Shown in pieces: positions 27,401 through 35,927 of a stretch of DNA of 64,000 nt (positions are counted from its first letter, which is position 1; every line of letters starts with the position of its first letter). Both the position numbers and the translations under genes were made by a program. This stretch comes from Candidatus Poribacteria bacterium (lineage in GTDB: Bacteria > Poribacteria > WGA-4E > WGA-3G), in assembly GCA_965215265.1 (NCBI GenBank), contig OZ244048.1, forward strand, positions 3,712,001 through 3,776,000, written 5' to 3'. The notes beneath the pieces were generated by a model. That model was not told the DNA's origin. It made no database searches and saw nothing but the letters and a program-made list of their open reading frames with translations.

Positions 27401-28697
27401 TCTGAACGTCTATGGACATAATGTATGATGTGGGGAGCCCGTCTTCTTTGGAGATGACTTCCCACTTTTGGGTTTGTGGTGTGTAGATAGAGACACCGGA
27501 TGCGGTAGCGATCCAAAGGTTTCCATCTGCGTCGCGTGAGATGTGACGGACATCGTTATCTGCGAGAAAATCGGCTTGTTTGTACTGCGTCCACTCGCCA
27601 CTCACTTTATCAAACCGGCTGACACCGTCTTCTTTGCTGCCGAACCAGACATCATTGCCTTGTGTAGTAATCCAAGAGACATGATTACTTGACAGTCCAT
27701 CAGTTTTCGTATAGTGAACCCAAGTATTGACAGGCTTAATAAAACGGTGAACGCCTGCGTTCGCCGTGCCGAACCAGACCTGGAATCCGTCTGCGTGAAT
27801 AGATGTGATGATATTACTTTTGAGTAGATCGGTTTTGGTGAAGGTTTTGATAAAGGTTTGGTCGACTTGATTATATTGACTGACACCCTCCTTTTTAGTG
27901 CCGAACCAAACGCTATCTTCGTCAACGGCAATGGTGGCAATTTGTGTGTCTATGAGTCCATCTGATTTAGTATAGTTATTCCATGAATCGGTATCGCGAT
28001 GGTAGCGACTCACACCGCCTTTGCTAAATCTGGGGTCTTCGTCCCAGCCATACGGATCCGGATTTATTTCTTTATCGGTTCCGACCCATACGTACTCTGG
28101 TTCGACAGCAATTGTCGTAATGACTTTACTGACTAACCCATCTTTCCGGGTTCGGACTGCCCAACTGTCAATTGTTTTGTCATAACGGTTGAGTCCGTTA
28201 GACGTTCCGAACCAGACGTAGTTTCCGTCTACAGCGATTGAGGAGACCATGTCACTTGCAAGTCCATCAATACTACGGAAAGTGGCAAAGGTGCTGTTCT
28301 GCATATCATAGCGGCTTACGCCTTCATCTGTAGCGAACCAAATCCAATCTCCGTCGATTGCGACAGCATTCACAGCATCGTTCGCGAGTCCATCTTCCAT
28401 AGTGTAGTGCGTCCACTGATCTAGTTCACGCTGCCAGCGCGAAACGCCGGCTTCAGTAGCAAACCAGACATTATAGGAGTCGGCAGCAATACAGTTGACT
28501 TCGTTACTGACGAGGGTCTGCTCAACCTTCCATGTTTTTTCTGCACGAGAATCTGAGGGAAAATCCTGCAGCGAGATATCAGACGGGATGTCGGGTGTCA
28601 ATGTCGTACAACCCGCCATCATAAAGAGTAACGGCACTAGTAAAAGTTTGCCAACCAACATTGGAACGAAGTCGGTTATCCTTGCCTGTTTGTCCAT
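24495..28697 (-). CDS. Giant beta-propeller repeat lipoprotein (two-component-regulator-propeller-like repeats, no kinase domain)
   Basis: Lipobox 'MMAGC'. About 30 repeats of the form 'W..YT..DGL..N.V..IAVDG..VWFGT..GVSRYD'. ATG 28697 follows AGGAGAGGT. Confidence 0.85.
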   Translation of the reverse strand: MDKQARITDFVPMLVGKLLLVPLLFMMAGCTTLTPDIPSDISLQDFPSDSRAEKTWKVEQTLVSNEVNCIAADSYNVWFATEAGVSRWQRELDQWTHYTMEDGLANDAVNAVAIDGDWIWFATDEGVSRYDMQNSTFATFRSIDGLASDMVSSIAVDGNYVWFGTSNGLNRYDKTIDSWAVRTRKDGLVSKVITTIAVEPEYVWVGTDKEINPDPYGWDEDPRFSKGGVSRYHRDTDSWNNYTKSDGLIDTQIATIAVDEDSVWFGTKKEGVSQYNQVDQTFIKTFTKTDLLKSNIITSIHADGFQVWFGTANAGVHRFIKPVNTWVHYTKTDGLSSNHVSWITTQGNDVWFGSKEDGVSRFDKVSGEWTQYKQADFLADNDVRHISRDADGNLWIATASGVSIYTPQTQKWEVISKEDGLPTSYIMSIDVQTKATESTQKKSTSQASQMKEPQIWIATDRGLGSRAYSGGDWTFYAPQSTLAQRDAFVTALDTDEDADVIWLGTNSGPAKYDPASQKCISLRAKTQAKNTSTAPFISTVLSCDGSVWFGGATGILHYTIAEKKLKNASEGLPHPYVNVLLSTGTTLWAGTRNGVARYDNTQQRWEPMAFNKQLPFTNVTALAFQPADPANSQEDILWIGTPRGLGSYSLTSSSWKALPNISFNIRDILIDTDRTLWLATSAGLVEYRTPNSEPVLHQSRPERTPLREITLSNIKFDGDYVWFNNWHSSPNGCILRFHRPTETWQRFTRMDILKSTQKKTMTLIRWIYIDTDAVWFTTDLGVLRYDKAADTWEHFTREDGLSTNDVDKIAVSKHSVWVIPIIGMELNRYNKADGTWKVIVQEKREEIERVNALGVDGPEVWFGSGRGLHRYNETTGEWGLFTPRDGLAGRGAEWITVDDDFIWVARSEWDRDSNRPLSRYNKKTKKWTTFSTNDVLAAATVRQIISTKEAIWILYRPWDNAGVTRYDKRTQEWTTIKSGNGTTELATDEDYLWLATPNEGLRRFHFASGTWTSFRDRNGLLHNHANEYGLAVDKDYVWVGTLRGLSRYDKQKESWAAYTALPTLADNTIRTVDTDERFVWVGTDNGMSRYDKSLGTWKNYQQKGGSEAIETHGGHWHRHRPKSRDTLSDNAISSIVVDEQYVWIGTRDGANRFDKLALRWDQYKTEHGLPANNVTAVSNDGHNIWVGTTSGIGKYPRTADDLNAWIAYTSGTEIQPSAVSKEFAESLVTDEIWCIATSKKHVWIGTRRGVSRYDIGRDTWRTITAADGLASNEVTCIAIDGNRVWFGSDRGVTVYNEKIDNWTSYTDEDGLASNKVTTIGVDGTNVWIGTYNAGISRFDRLTNRWTTYTRKDGLTHNGILSMAIGRTYVWFGTYRGLSRLDKRTELWTTFTESYGSEDIF

Positions 28698-29178
28698 TTC
28701 TACCTCTCCTTTTTGCAACCTATGTTACTTTGGCGGCTTCAAGTTTGTGACGAAATTTCTCCCACTCAAAGAGCCACGACGTATCCAATCGTATCAAATC
28801 ATCGCTCACCTGTCTGAAGCAGAAATTCTCCTAAGCAGAATCAACTGCACCCGTGCACTATGCTATGTATTGGTTGATCTGCTAGTTTTCCTCCTATTTA
28901 CTTCAAAATCAGGATTCGCGCGCTATTTCAAAAATATGTTTAAGAATGCTACTACATTTTACATCAAATATCAATGCTTTTTTCAAAAAAACGTTTCGGT
29001 TTTCTCATCAGTGTGTATGAAAATACAAAAGAAGTGCGACTGATGTTTCCTGACTATACTCAGATTTTTTCTATCTTGTGAACATTAATGTCTAAAAAAT
29101 GAACTGTAAGAAAGCAGACCGTTAGACAAGCTCGGTGAGAAATCCTATTTTGGCCGGGGTTTCGCCCTTGAACGGTAT

Positions 29179-29195
29179 TTGGCATAAAAATTGCA
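29179..29195 (+). promoter_or_regulatory. Sigma54 promoter (distal)
   Basis: TTGGCATAAAAATTGCA with GG at 29181-82 and GC at 29193-94. An upstream TGTCTAAAAAATGAAC near 29089 resembles the site at 13509. Confidence 0.65.
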
Positions 29196-29469
29196 CTTTT
29201 ATCTAGATAATATCATAAAGACGAAGCAGAGAATGAGGAAGGTAGTGCTTCTGGGAAACGCAGAATAGTGGTACAGAAGCTCGCCTGAACAAGATGCAAT
29301 TCACAGAGCGCTCTTCTGATAAGAGAAAAAAAAGCCGCTAGTCGCCATAATAGGGGAATAGGTCAAGCCTCGCTACAGACAATGCCCGCCCCAGACAGGT
29401 TTCGCTATGCCCACAAAGGAAACAGCCAAAAATTGCATGCCAAATAGGTTTTCTTCGGCATCACGCCGC

Positions 29470-29516
29470 TGCCCTATTTTGTGCAATTAGATTTAAGGTA
29501 TGCCCTATTTTGTGCA
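29470..29516 (+). promoter_or_regulatory. Tandem enhancer-binding-protein sites
   Basis: The identical 16-mer TGCCCTATTTTGTGCA (TGC-N10-GCA dyad) occurs at 29470-29485 and 29501-29516, 31 bp apart (about 3 helical turns), just upstream of a sigma54 promoter. Confidence 0.7.
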
Positions 29517-29567
29517 GCGCTTTTTGACCATTTAGCTAAGAATCGCACCCGCGTCGCATTGTTCGGA

Positions 29568-29584
29568 TTGGCACGTAATTTGCT
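29568..29584 (+). promoter_or_regulatory. Sigma54 promoter (proximal) for the 1117-aa gene
   Basis: TTGGCACGTAATTTGCT, a near-perfect TGGCAC-N5-TTGC match. Confidence 0.85.
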
Positions 29585-29721
29585 CATTTCTACGATAACC
29601 GAATCTATGTTAGATAATGGTTGCTGCTACGCTTGTCTAGAAGGAGATTAGCAATTCTATTCAGAGATTGTACAAACTTGAACAGCTTCAGTTAATTCAT
29701 CCGTAAGGAGGATACAAACGA

Positions 29722-32700
29722 ATGAATAAGTTAAAACAATCGATTAATTTTCTGCTTGTAGTGGCTTGCGTTCTGAGTGTCCCTGTTTTCTATGGTTGTG
29801 GTGCGGAAAGTCTTGGGCCGTATGAACCGCTTTTGCCTGCCATTGAGGGTGAAACTAAGTTTTCAGCCAGATACCAATTAGAAGAGGAACCGGAATTCTT
29901 CTATGATCTGTATGGTAAAAAAATCGTGGAAGGCAGCGAACTCAATACATACGTTAATCAGAAAGAATTTGATAAGAACGGTAAATTAATTGCTGGCTGG
30001 TCGGGTCAGCTTGATAGTCTTAGATTCACTGCTCAGCTGGATCGGACTATCTTGACTGAAGAAACCTTTCTAGGCAGACATACAGAATTTATTATTGGAG
30101 ATCATCTACGATTCAAACCTGCTTCGCTGTTTCCGAACCGATATATTATATTCAAAAGTGAGTTTGATGGGCTTCGGTGGGATATCTCTTTTGCACAGGA
30201 GCATCATCTTTTTACGTTCATCCACTCACATATTTCCAATTCTATTAGAATAACAGATGATCCACAACAACAAAGACTCGGACAGGATCTTGGGCGGCGA
30301 AACGGTTTGAACGCGTTGTCAGGTGTCAGGAACATTGAAAACGCACGTCTCGTTGGTTTTCGGGGCCAGGGGCTTTTAGGTGAATTTTTGCGGGTTGGAT
30401 TTACTTATCTAAATTTGTATAAAGAACATCCGGAACGTCTAATAAACTCCTTCATGGGGAGCGTTGCCAATACTCCGCCTGAAAGAATATCGGTTGTTTT
30501 TCGTGATGACTCGCCTGAGGATAATCACACGAGTGCATTCACAGATTTTGATTCTTATGAGCCCGGCTTACATAGCGATAATATACAAGATGGTGTGGGT
30601 GCAGCTTTCAAAAGCATGAAGATTACAATTGTTACACAAGAACTTGAAGAATTAACCCGTGCGGATATAGAGGGCGGGCTTGAACCCGACCTCCTGCCTA
30701 AAATGACTCACCAATTCTATGTTTTCGCTGCAGATCTTGTTCCGGTGGATCATGCCGGCGGCTCTTCCGAGGTACGTGATTCCGTTGATGGGAAGTGGAA
30801 GATCGTCACCGGTTTTAATAAAATGAAATATGATCTGATTCTGGCTGATGGGAAGATTAACATTGACCCGCGCACCGTCAAATCGGTTACATTTGAGATG
30901 GTTGTTGCGGGCGATTATAATATCGCGGTTATCGGCTTTAGTGAAGCAAATAAAGCCGAGGTAAATCCTGAGCTACAAGAGTGGATTAAAACTAAAGATG
31001 GGCGCATTCAGATGCCGTATCGCGACATAATTGAGGCACCGGGGAATTATGGGCAATCTCCGGATTACATCAAAAATAGGAAAAAACTGGTAGACAATCC
31101 CACGCAATGGACAGGTGAAGGGAGGCCTCGCAAAATCCGGTACCGCTATGGTGCTGCACGTGCTGCGACTCTCTACGGACTTGACCTTGAAGGGCGCGTG
31201 GGCAATGTTTTCATCAGGACACACTACTCTATTAACGGTAAATACAAACAGTATCCGACGGTCCCGAAAGATAAAGTAGGATTTAGTCGAACCAAAACCA
31301 CTATTCAGACTCGCGACGGTGAGGAACCAACAGGTGTCTCTATTGATATTAGGAGCGGCCTGCCAGTAGATGCAAATGGTGTCCCCACATATTCGGAAAC
31401 CGAGGGCGAACGTTTTGAGGCATTTTTAGGCGGTGATGGGACAGATGAAGATGGCAACGGAAAGCTCGGTAGAGAAACAGCCTGGTTCGTCCAACTTAAG
31501 TCTCGATTTAGCAAACTTCACTTAGAAGGAGTCTTGTATCATATCGACCCGGGCTACACAACCAACTACCTGGATTTTGGGGCGCATCCGAACCGCGGTC
31601 AAATTTACACGGCCGGACGGGGCCGCCCAGGTCGGCCTTTGGAAGAACAAATTGCAGAGGAATTGATTCCATGGGACGTAACTAATTATACATTGATTGA
31701 AGATGACGATGATGGCGACGACTGGCCGGATGGCATTGACTTTGATGGAGTAATTCCACTTGCTGATGACCGGGACCGGAATGGGATATTAGACTTCCAA
31801 GAAGATTTTCTTATTTTTGAAGCGGATCCGCCTGTATTTACTAACATTATCGATCTGAATAACAACGGTATTATTGATACGATTGAGGATGACTTTGAAC
31901 CAGAATACGAATACGGTATAGACCGTCAGGGTTATCACCTCAAAGCGAGATATGACGTGTTTGATAACCTTGCTGCTCAAGTCGGTTGGTTAAACGAAAG
32001 CGAAATTTCAAGCCGGCGGAAAAATAATTCTAAATACATACATGTCACCTATAAACGCAATATCCCGAATTTTGGCAGTTTTCAGTTCCAAAATAGATTT
32101 GTCCGAGTGCAGGATGATATTCCGGATTACGCACATGCCTTGCCTGTTGGAGAATTGGAGCCGATTCACATTAATGACGAACTTGATTTTTACAATGCCC
32201 GGTTGAATATAACAATTCTCCAATGCCTCTATACTGCAGTGCCCAACTTGACACTTGAAGCCAAATCCTCAGTTCTCATGCAAAAGCAGTTTGAACAGGA
32301 CGAAGGCAGGGCACTTTTCACGGATGTTGAATACGACGCCCTATCAAAGAATTTTGAATCCGATGAACGCGTTGACTTTATGGTACCAATTGAACAGGTC
32401 CGGATTTACGAAGGGAGACGTGTGTACCCGTTTTATCCAGATCATGGCATTCATGCACTTGATCCAACTGACACCGGTTTAATCTATGACGATGCGAATT
32501 GGAAAAAACGCCGTTACCCTGAACGGAACATCCGTCATCAGTTAACTATTCTGAAGGCGAAATACGAGATTCCACTTGGAGAGCTCCCAATTGTTAACAA
32601 AATCGTTGAAGATTTAACGGTAACCCCTATGGCTAAGTACGTCTGGGACCGCGCTTTTGACCGGAGTGCCGATGAAACCCCAAAAACACTGACACCAGAC

Positions 32701-33075
32701 CTGTTCCTCCCAACCGACGATCAGCCGGTTGAATATTTACGATTCAATCGTCGAAGTCGAGAGGATATCCTCGGTGTCCGTCTTGATTATCAATTTACAC
32801 AGAGATTAAATATACTTGGCGGCTTCCAATACCGGAAGTTTTCTAACCGGGATAAAAACTTCAAGAACTACCTACGAAGTTTCTCAACTAACATTAGCGT
32901 TCCAAACCTATACCGCCCTGACGTTCGAACTCGTATTTTTGAAATCCAAGCCATCAACAAAGGCGAATGGGTCGGCTTCTATATAGTCGTCCTTGCAGGT
33001 TACCGTAGAACCACGAATCTGTTTCAAAATAAGACGAGTCATACAACGTTTGTTCGAGCAATGGTGGGTTTCTAA
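29722..33075 (+). CDS. Large hypothetical outer-membrane barrel-like (lipo)protein with Asp-rich loops; paralog of 22507-24498
   Basis: AAGGAGG RBS and possible lipobox 'FYGC'. 'DDDDGDDWPD', 'DRDRNGILD' and 'DLNNNGIID' loops. C-terminal 'TFVRAMVGF' ends in Phe. Confidence 0.8.
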   Translation: MNKLKQSINFLLVVACVLSVPVFYGCGAESLGPYEPLLPAIEGETKFSARYQLEEEPEFFYDLYGKKIVEGSELNTYVNQKEFDKNGKLIAGWSGQLDSLRFTAQLDRTILTEETFLGRHTEFIIGDHLRFKPASLFPNRYIIFKSEFDGLRWDISFAQEHHLFTFIHSHISNSIRITDDPQQQRLGQDLGRRNGLNALSGVRNIENARLVGFRGQGLLGEFLRVGFTYLNLYKEHPERLINSFMGSVANTPPERISVVFRDDSPEDNHTSAFTDFDSYEPGLHSDNIQDGVGAAFKSMKITIVTQELEELTRADIEGGLEPDLLPKMTHQFYVFAADLVPVDHAGGSSEVRDSVDGKWKIVTGFNKMKYDLILADGKINIDPRTVKSVTFEMVVAGDYNIAVIGFSEANKAEVNPELQEWIKTKDGRIQMPYRDIIEAPGNYGQSPDYIKNRKKLVDNPTQWTGEGRPRKIRYRYGAARAATLYGLDLEGRVGNVFIRTHYSINGKYKQYPTVPKDKVGFSRTKTTIQTRDGEEPTGVSIDIRSGLPVDANGVPTYSETEGERFEAFLGGDGTDEDGNGKLGRETAWFVQLKSRFSKLHLEGVLYHIDPGYTTNYLDFGAHPNRGQIYTAGRGRPGRPLEEQIAEELIPWDVTNYTLIEDDDDGDDWPDGIDFDGVIPLADDRDRNGILDFQEDFLIFEADPPVFTNIIDLNNNGIIDTIEDDFEPEYEYGIDRQGYHLKARYDVFDNLAAQVGWLNESEISSRRKNNSKYIHVTYKRNIPNFGSFQFQNRFVRVQDDIPDYAHALPVGELEPIHINDELDFYNARLNITILQCLYTAVPNLTLEAKSSVLMQKQFEQDEGRALFTDVEYDALSKNFESDERVDFMVPIEQVRIYEGRRVYPFYPDHGIHALDPTDTGLIYDDANWKKRRYPERNIRHQLTILKAKYEIPLGELPIVNKIVEDLTVTPMAKYVWDRAFDRSADETPKTLTPDLFLPTDDQPVEYLRFNRRSREDILGVRLDYQFTQRLNILGGFQYRKFSNRDKNFKNYLRSFSTNISVPNLYRPDVRTRIFEIQAINKGEWVGFYIVVLAGYRRTTNLFQNKTSHTTFVRAMVGF

Positions 33076-33400
33076 ATATTCAAGTGTGGCCCGGAGATAA
33101 CTGAGCGAGAGGTATAGCAACTCAGCGAGTTGACGACTATTAGACCGCCATGTTAGACTGGTGAACCCATTGCTTCGGGAGCATAGCACCGGCGTGACGA
33201 TCGCGTTGAGATCTAAAAATATACTGAACTCTCCAATAGGACTTCCTTCCCCTTTTATAATGCGTCTTGCACATTTTCCATCTGCTCTCACAAAAGTATT
33301 GGATAATCTCGTTATGACTTTTATAGATACCGTCCCGAATTTGCCCATCGCTATAGATGAACCAGAACACAGGCATCGCAAGGCAAAGGCGTTTGAAGGA

Positions 33401-33464
33401 AGTGGCAGGATACCTATCCTGCCACTCTCCTGAAAGGACAGAGAAAGAAAACCTATCCTGCCAC
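33401..33464. repeat. Dispersed MITE/REP-like element, copy
   Basis: GTGGCAGGATA-CC-TATCCTGCCAC, CTCCTGAAAGGA and CCTATCCTGCCAC. The modules are shared with 37485, 46020 and 50855. Confidence 0.75.
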
Positions 33465-33612
33465 ATCAGCCGCTGATGGACTGAAATATACGAGAACACA
33501 AATCTCGTCGGAGCCTCCTTAGGTATAGCCTAAGGAATCTCTGATGAGATTTACACAGTAACTGACAAAACATAACCCTTGATAGGGCTGAAATAGACGA
33601 ATATACAAACAC

Positions 33613-33642
33613 TTGACTTTTTTCAACGTATTCGGGTATAAT
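33613..33642 (+). promoter_or_regulatory. Sigma70-type promoter, leaderless configuration
   Basis: TTGACT-18 nt-TATAAT ends 6 nt before ATG 33649. No SD sequence. Confidence 0.7.
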
Positions 33643-33648
33643 AACTTT

Positions 33649-34572
33649 ATGGCACAGGACTATGATAATATGGCAAAAGAGTTGTTGACGGAGCATGCCC
33701 ACGACATCTCACGGTTTATACTCGGGGTGGACAATGTTCAGGTGCTTGAAAACCTTGACACCGAACAACAGGTGGTTATCGGGCAGCGTGCGGATAGCAC
33801 CAAGCGTATCCGTATTGATAACGAAGAGGCTATCCTACACATAGAGTTACAGGTGCGAGATAGCACACCCAAACCGATGTGGGCGCGAAACGCAGCGTAT
33901 CACGGCTATCTGATTGGGGAATACCAGCTGCCGGTGTATTCGAATGTGCTGTACTTTCATCCGTCAGCGGGGCGAAGGGATGGGGGTGTGTATGAATATA
34001 GTATGTGTGGCTATGCCTATCGGTTGCGGTATAAGGTTATCCGTCTGATAGAAGTAGCAGGTGAATCTATTTTGGCGTTGGCTTTGCCTGGGCTGTTGCC
34101 GTTCACGCCGTTGATGAAACCGCCCGGGGGTTTGGACTCGGCGGCTTGGATTCAAAGATGTATAACCGCGACGACAGGTACGGATTTGGATGAGGGGGCG
34201 CAAGGGGATTTACTGTGTGCGCTGTCGGTTTTCGGGGGTGTTGTGCATGACGCGTCACTTTTCAAACGTCTGATACCGGAGGGACTAATGCGAGAATCGA
34301 AGTATTTCCAACTGTTACGCGATGAATTTATCGCACAAGGTATAGAACAAAGTATAGAACAAGGTATGGAACGAGGCATGGAACGAGGTGCGAAAGAGAC
34401 TACCATCAAAAATACATTGGCCGTGCTGAGCGCTAAGTTTTCACCAGATACTGTCAACGCCTTAGCTCCCGCCTTGCAACGCATTACCGATTTACAACAC
34501 CTTGAGCTGCTGCTGCTCACCGCCATTCAAGCGGAGAGCCTTGATACCTTCACGCAAAGTCTAAACCGATAG
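33649..34572 (+). CDS. Rpn-like PD-(D/E)XK nuclease / putative transposase family protein
   Basis: 'DYDNMAKELL', 'RADS...ILHIELQ', 'LPVYSNVLY', 'GLLPFTPLM' and C-terminal 'QGIEQSIEQGMERGMERG' repeats. Start placed at ATG 33649. Confidence 0.9.
   Translation: MAQDYDNMAKELLTEHAHDISRFILGVDNVQVLENLDTEQQVVIGQRADSTKRIRIDNEEAILHIELQVRDSTPKPMWARNAAYHGYLIGEYQLPVYSNVLYFHPSAGRRDGGVYEYSMCGYAYRLRYKVIRLIEVAGESILALALPGLLPFTPLMKPPGGLDSAAWIQRCITATTGTDLDEGAQGDLLCALSVFGGVVHDASLFKRLIPEGLMRESKYFQLLRDEFIAQGIEQSIEQGMERGMERGAKETTIKNTLAVLSAKFSPDTVNALAPALQRITDLQHLELLLLTAIQAESLDTFTQSLNR
34288..34572 (+). CDS. Putative in-frame internal small protein (RpnS-type antitoxin), 94 aa
   Basis: GGAGG at 34278-34282, a 5-nt spacer, then in-frame ATG 34288 (MRESKYFQLLRDEFIAQG). 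Confidence 0.6.
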   Translation: MRESKYFQLLRDEFIAQGIEQSIEQGMERGMERGAKETTIKNTLAVLSAKFSPDTVNALAPALQRITDLQHLELLLLTAIQAESLDTFTQSLNR

Positions 34573-34773
34573 GAACTTCACCTTGGTAAACACAAGGCAG
34601 ATATATGGCAAGGCTTAATAGCGAAATCATTATGCCAGCTTACCGCAAAACACGGGTTGAGGTCAATATCCTGCTGCCAATTATCAACGCGGCATCTGCA
34701 GCCGTCCGCGTGAATCCGTTCTTTTCAGGCAAATCCTGATGCTGACACGCTATAAAAAATGGGGGTAAGTAAG

Positions 34774-34947
34774 GGTAACTTTTTTGTTGAAGAGCGAGCT
34801 CGCTTCTGTTATGATAGTCGCAAACGGGTAAATTTCTTAGGAGATAAGCATGAAAATCTATCGTATTGCGATTATTGGCTTAGGCGGTATGGGAATGGAA
34901 CATGCCAGGGCAGTAGAATTGGACGCAGACTGTGAATTGGTTGCCGG
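34774..34947 (+). repeat. 174-bp direct repeat, copy 1 (promoter plus first 33 codons of the Gfo/Idh/MocA gene)
   Basis: Matches 37887-38060 with 2 substitutions. Contains TTGAAG-17-TATGAT, the palindrome AGCGAGCTCGCT, an RBS and an ATG. Confidence 0.97.
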
Positions 34948-34966
34948 AAAGGGAGCCATTGCATGA
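34850..34966 (+). pseudogene. Truncated duplicate of the 5' end of the 37963 oxidoreductase gene (38 codons)
   Basis: Reads MKIYRIAIIGLGGMGMEHARAVELDADCELVAG, then KGAIA and a stop. Confidence 0.9.
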
Positions 34967-35001
34967 TTTTTCGCTCATTCTAAGTAAGGAGGAGATTCGT
35001 T

Positions 35002-35640
35002 ATGTTTTTTAGGTTGAAGTGGCTTTGGATCTGTGCATTGTTTTGTGTTTGTGCGTTGATATTCTTAGGGGTTTTGCTTCACCCCTCAAATAGATCTCCA
35101 AAAGTGATAAAGGTGTATAAAGCAACGGTTGCTCCCCCGGTTGCTGTGCCGAAGTCCCCAGATGTTTCTTCTATGCAGGCGGAGTCTGTAGATGAGGCTG
35201 AACCTATGCCCGTGATGAGAGACTCGGGTGAGTGGGTAGATTTTACGGATGTAGATACGACAGCGGTGCAGCCCGCCGAGGTAGTGGTGCATTCCGATGA
35301 AAGCCCCGAGGGGGCTGTTACTGAAGTTGAAAGCGATCTAGTCGTAGGAGAGGAACGTTTTTTCGGTTTGACAGTTTCAGAGATTGAGGCGATGCTTCCT
35401 GTGCTTGAGTCAGAAATCCGCACGAATCTGACCCAAGCAGTGGGGCTCTATGCAGACCTGAGAGAAACGGATGGATTGGCGAGGACATCGCCTGAGATAG
35501 CCGCGTGGCGCGACGAGACGTGGAAAGAGATAAAGCAGCTCTTCTACGAAGCATCTCGTGAAAAAATACCGCGTTATGTCTCCTATTTGCTGGCGACAGG
35601 CGGAGAGAATCCGCTACGCGCGGGGGGGATGGCTTTCTGA
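35002..35640 (+). CDS. Hypothetical N-terminally anchored protein, possibly frameshifted near the 3' end
   Basis: AAGGAGGAG RBS, N-terminal TM helix, acidic low-complexity linker and helical C-terminus. A G7 run at 35622-35628 lies just before the stop. Confidence 0.7.
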   Translation: MFFRLKWLWICALFCVCALIFLGVLLHPSNRSPKVIKVYKATVAPPVAVPKSPDVSSMQAESVDEAEPMPVMRDSGEWVDFTDVDTTAVQPAEVVVHSDESPEGAVTEVESDLVVGEERFFGLTVSEIEAMLPVLESEIRTNLTQAVGLYADLRETDGLARTSPEIAAWRDETWKEIKQLFYEASREKIPRYVSYLLATGGENPLRAGGMAF

Positions 35641-35927
35641 ATTGATGGAACCGCTACCGATGCGAGTTACCTATGGCGGAACATCCCGATAAACTCCCTG
35701 AAAGGAGGTGATGCGCGGAACAACAAATTTATCGCTGGCAGTGTAGCATTGGGGTTGCAATTGCCGCTGATACAACAGCCGAAAGGTTGATTTATAACCA
35801 ATTGAAGACTACTTTTGTTGAAAAAGCATCGATTTTTTCAATATTGAAGATCGTACTGGAACCTAGTGCCACCGGCCCAGTTCATTAGGTATAAGGCGGC
35901 ACTTTATGTAAATACGAGAACTGTCTA

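Noticed and set aside
24495-28697. Hybrid two-component sensor kinase
   Set aside because: The propeller repeats are not followed by a Y_Y_Y domain, TM helix, kinase or receiver.
28495-29043. 182-aa plus-strand ORF
   Set aside because: Overlaps the propeller gene antisense and runs into AT-rich promoter DNA; the composition is not protein-like.
29425-29445. Minus-strand sigma54 promoter for the propeller gene (TTGGCATGCAATTTTT)
   Set aside because: No GC at the -12 position.
33080-33500. Overlapping 90-157 aa ORFs after the 1117-aa gene
   Set aside because: No recognisable motifs or RBS, and two of them run through a repeat element. May be a decayed gene but cannot be supported.
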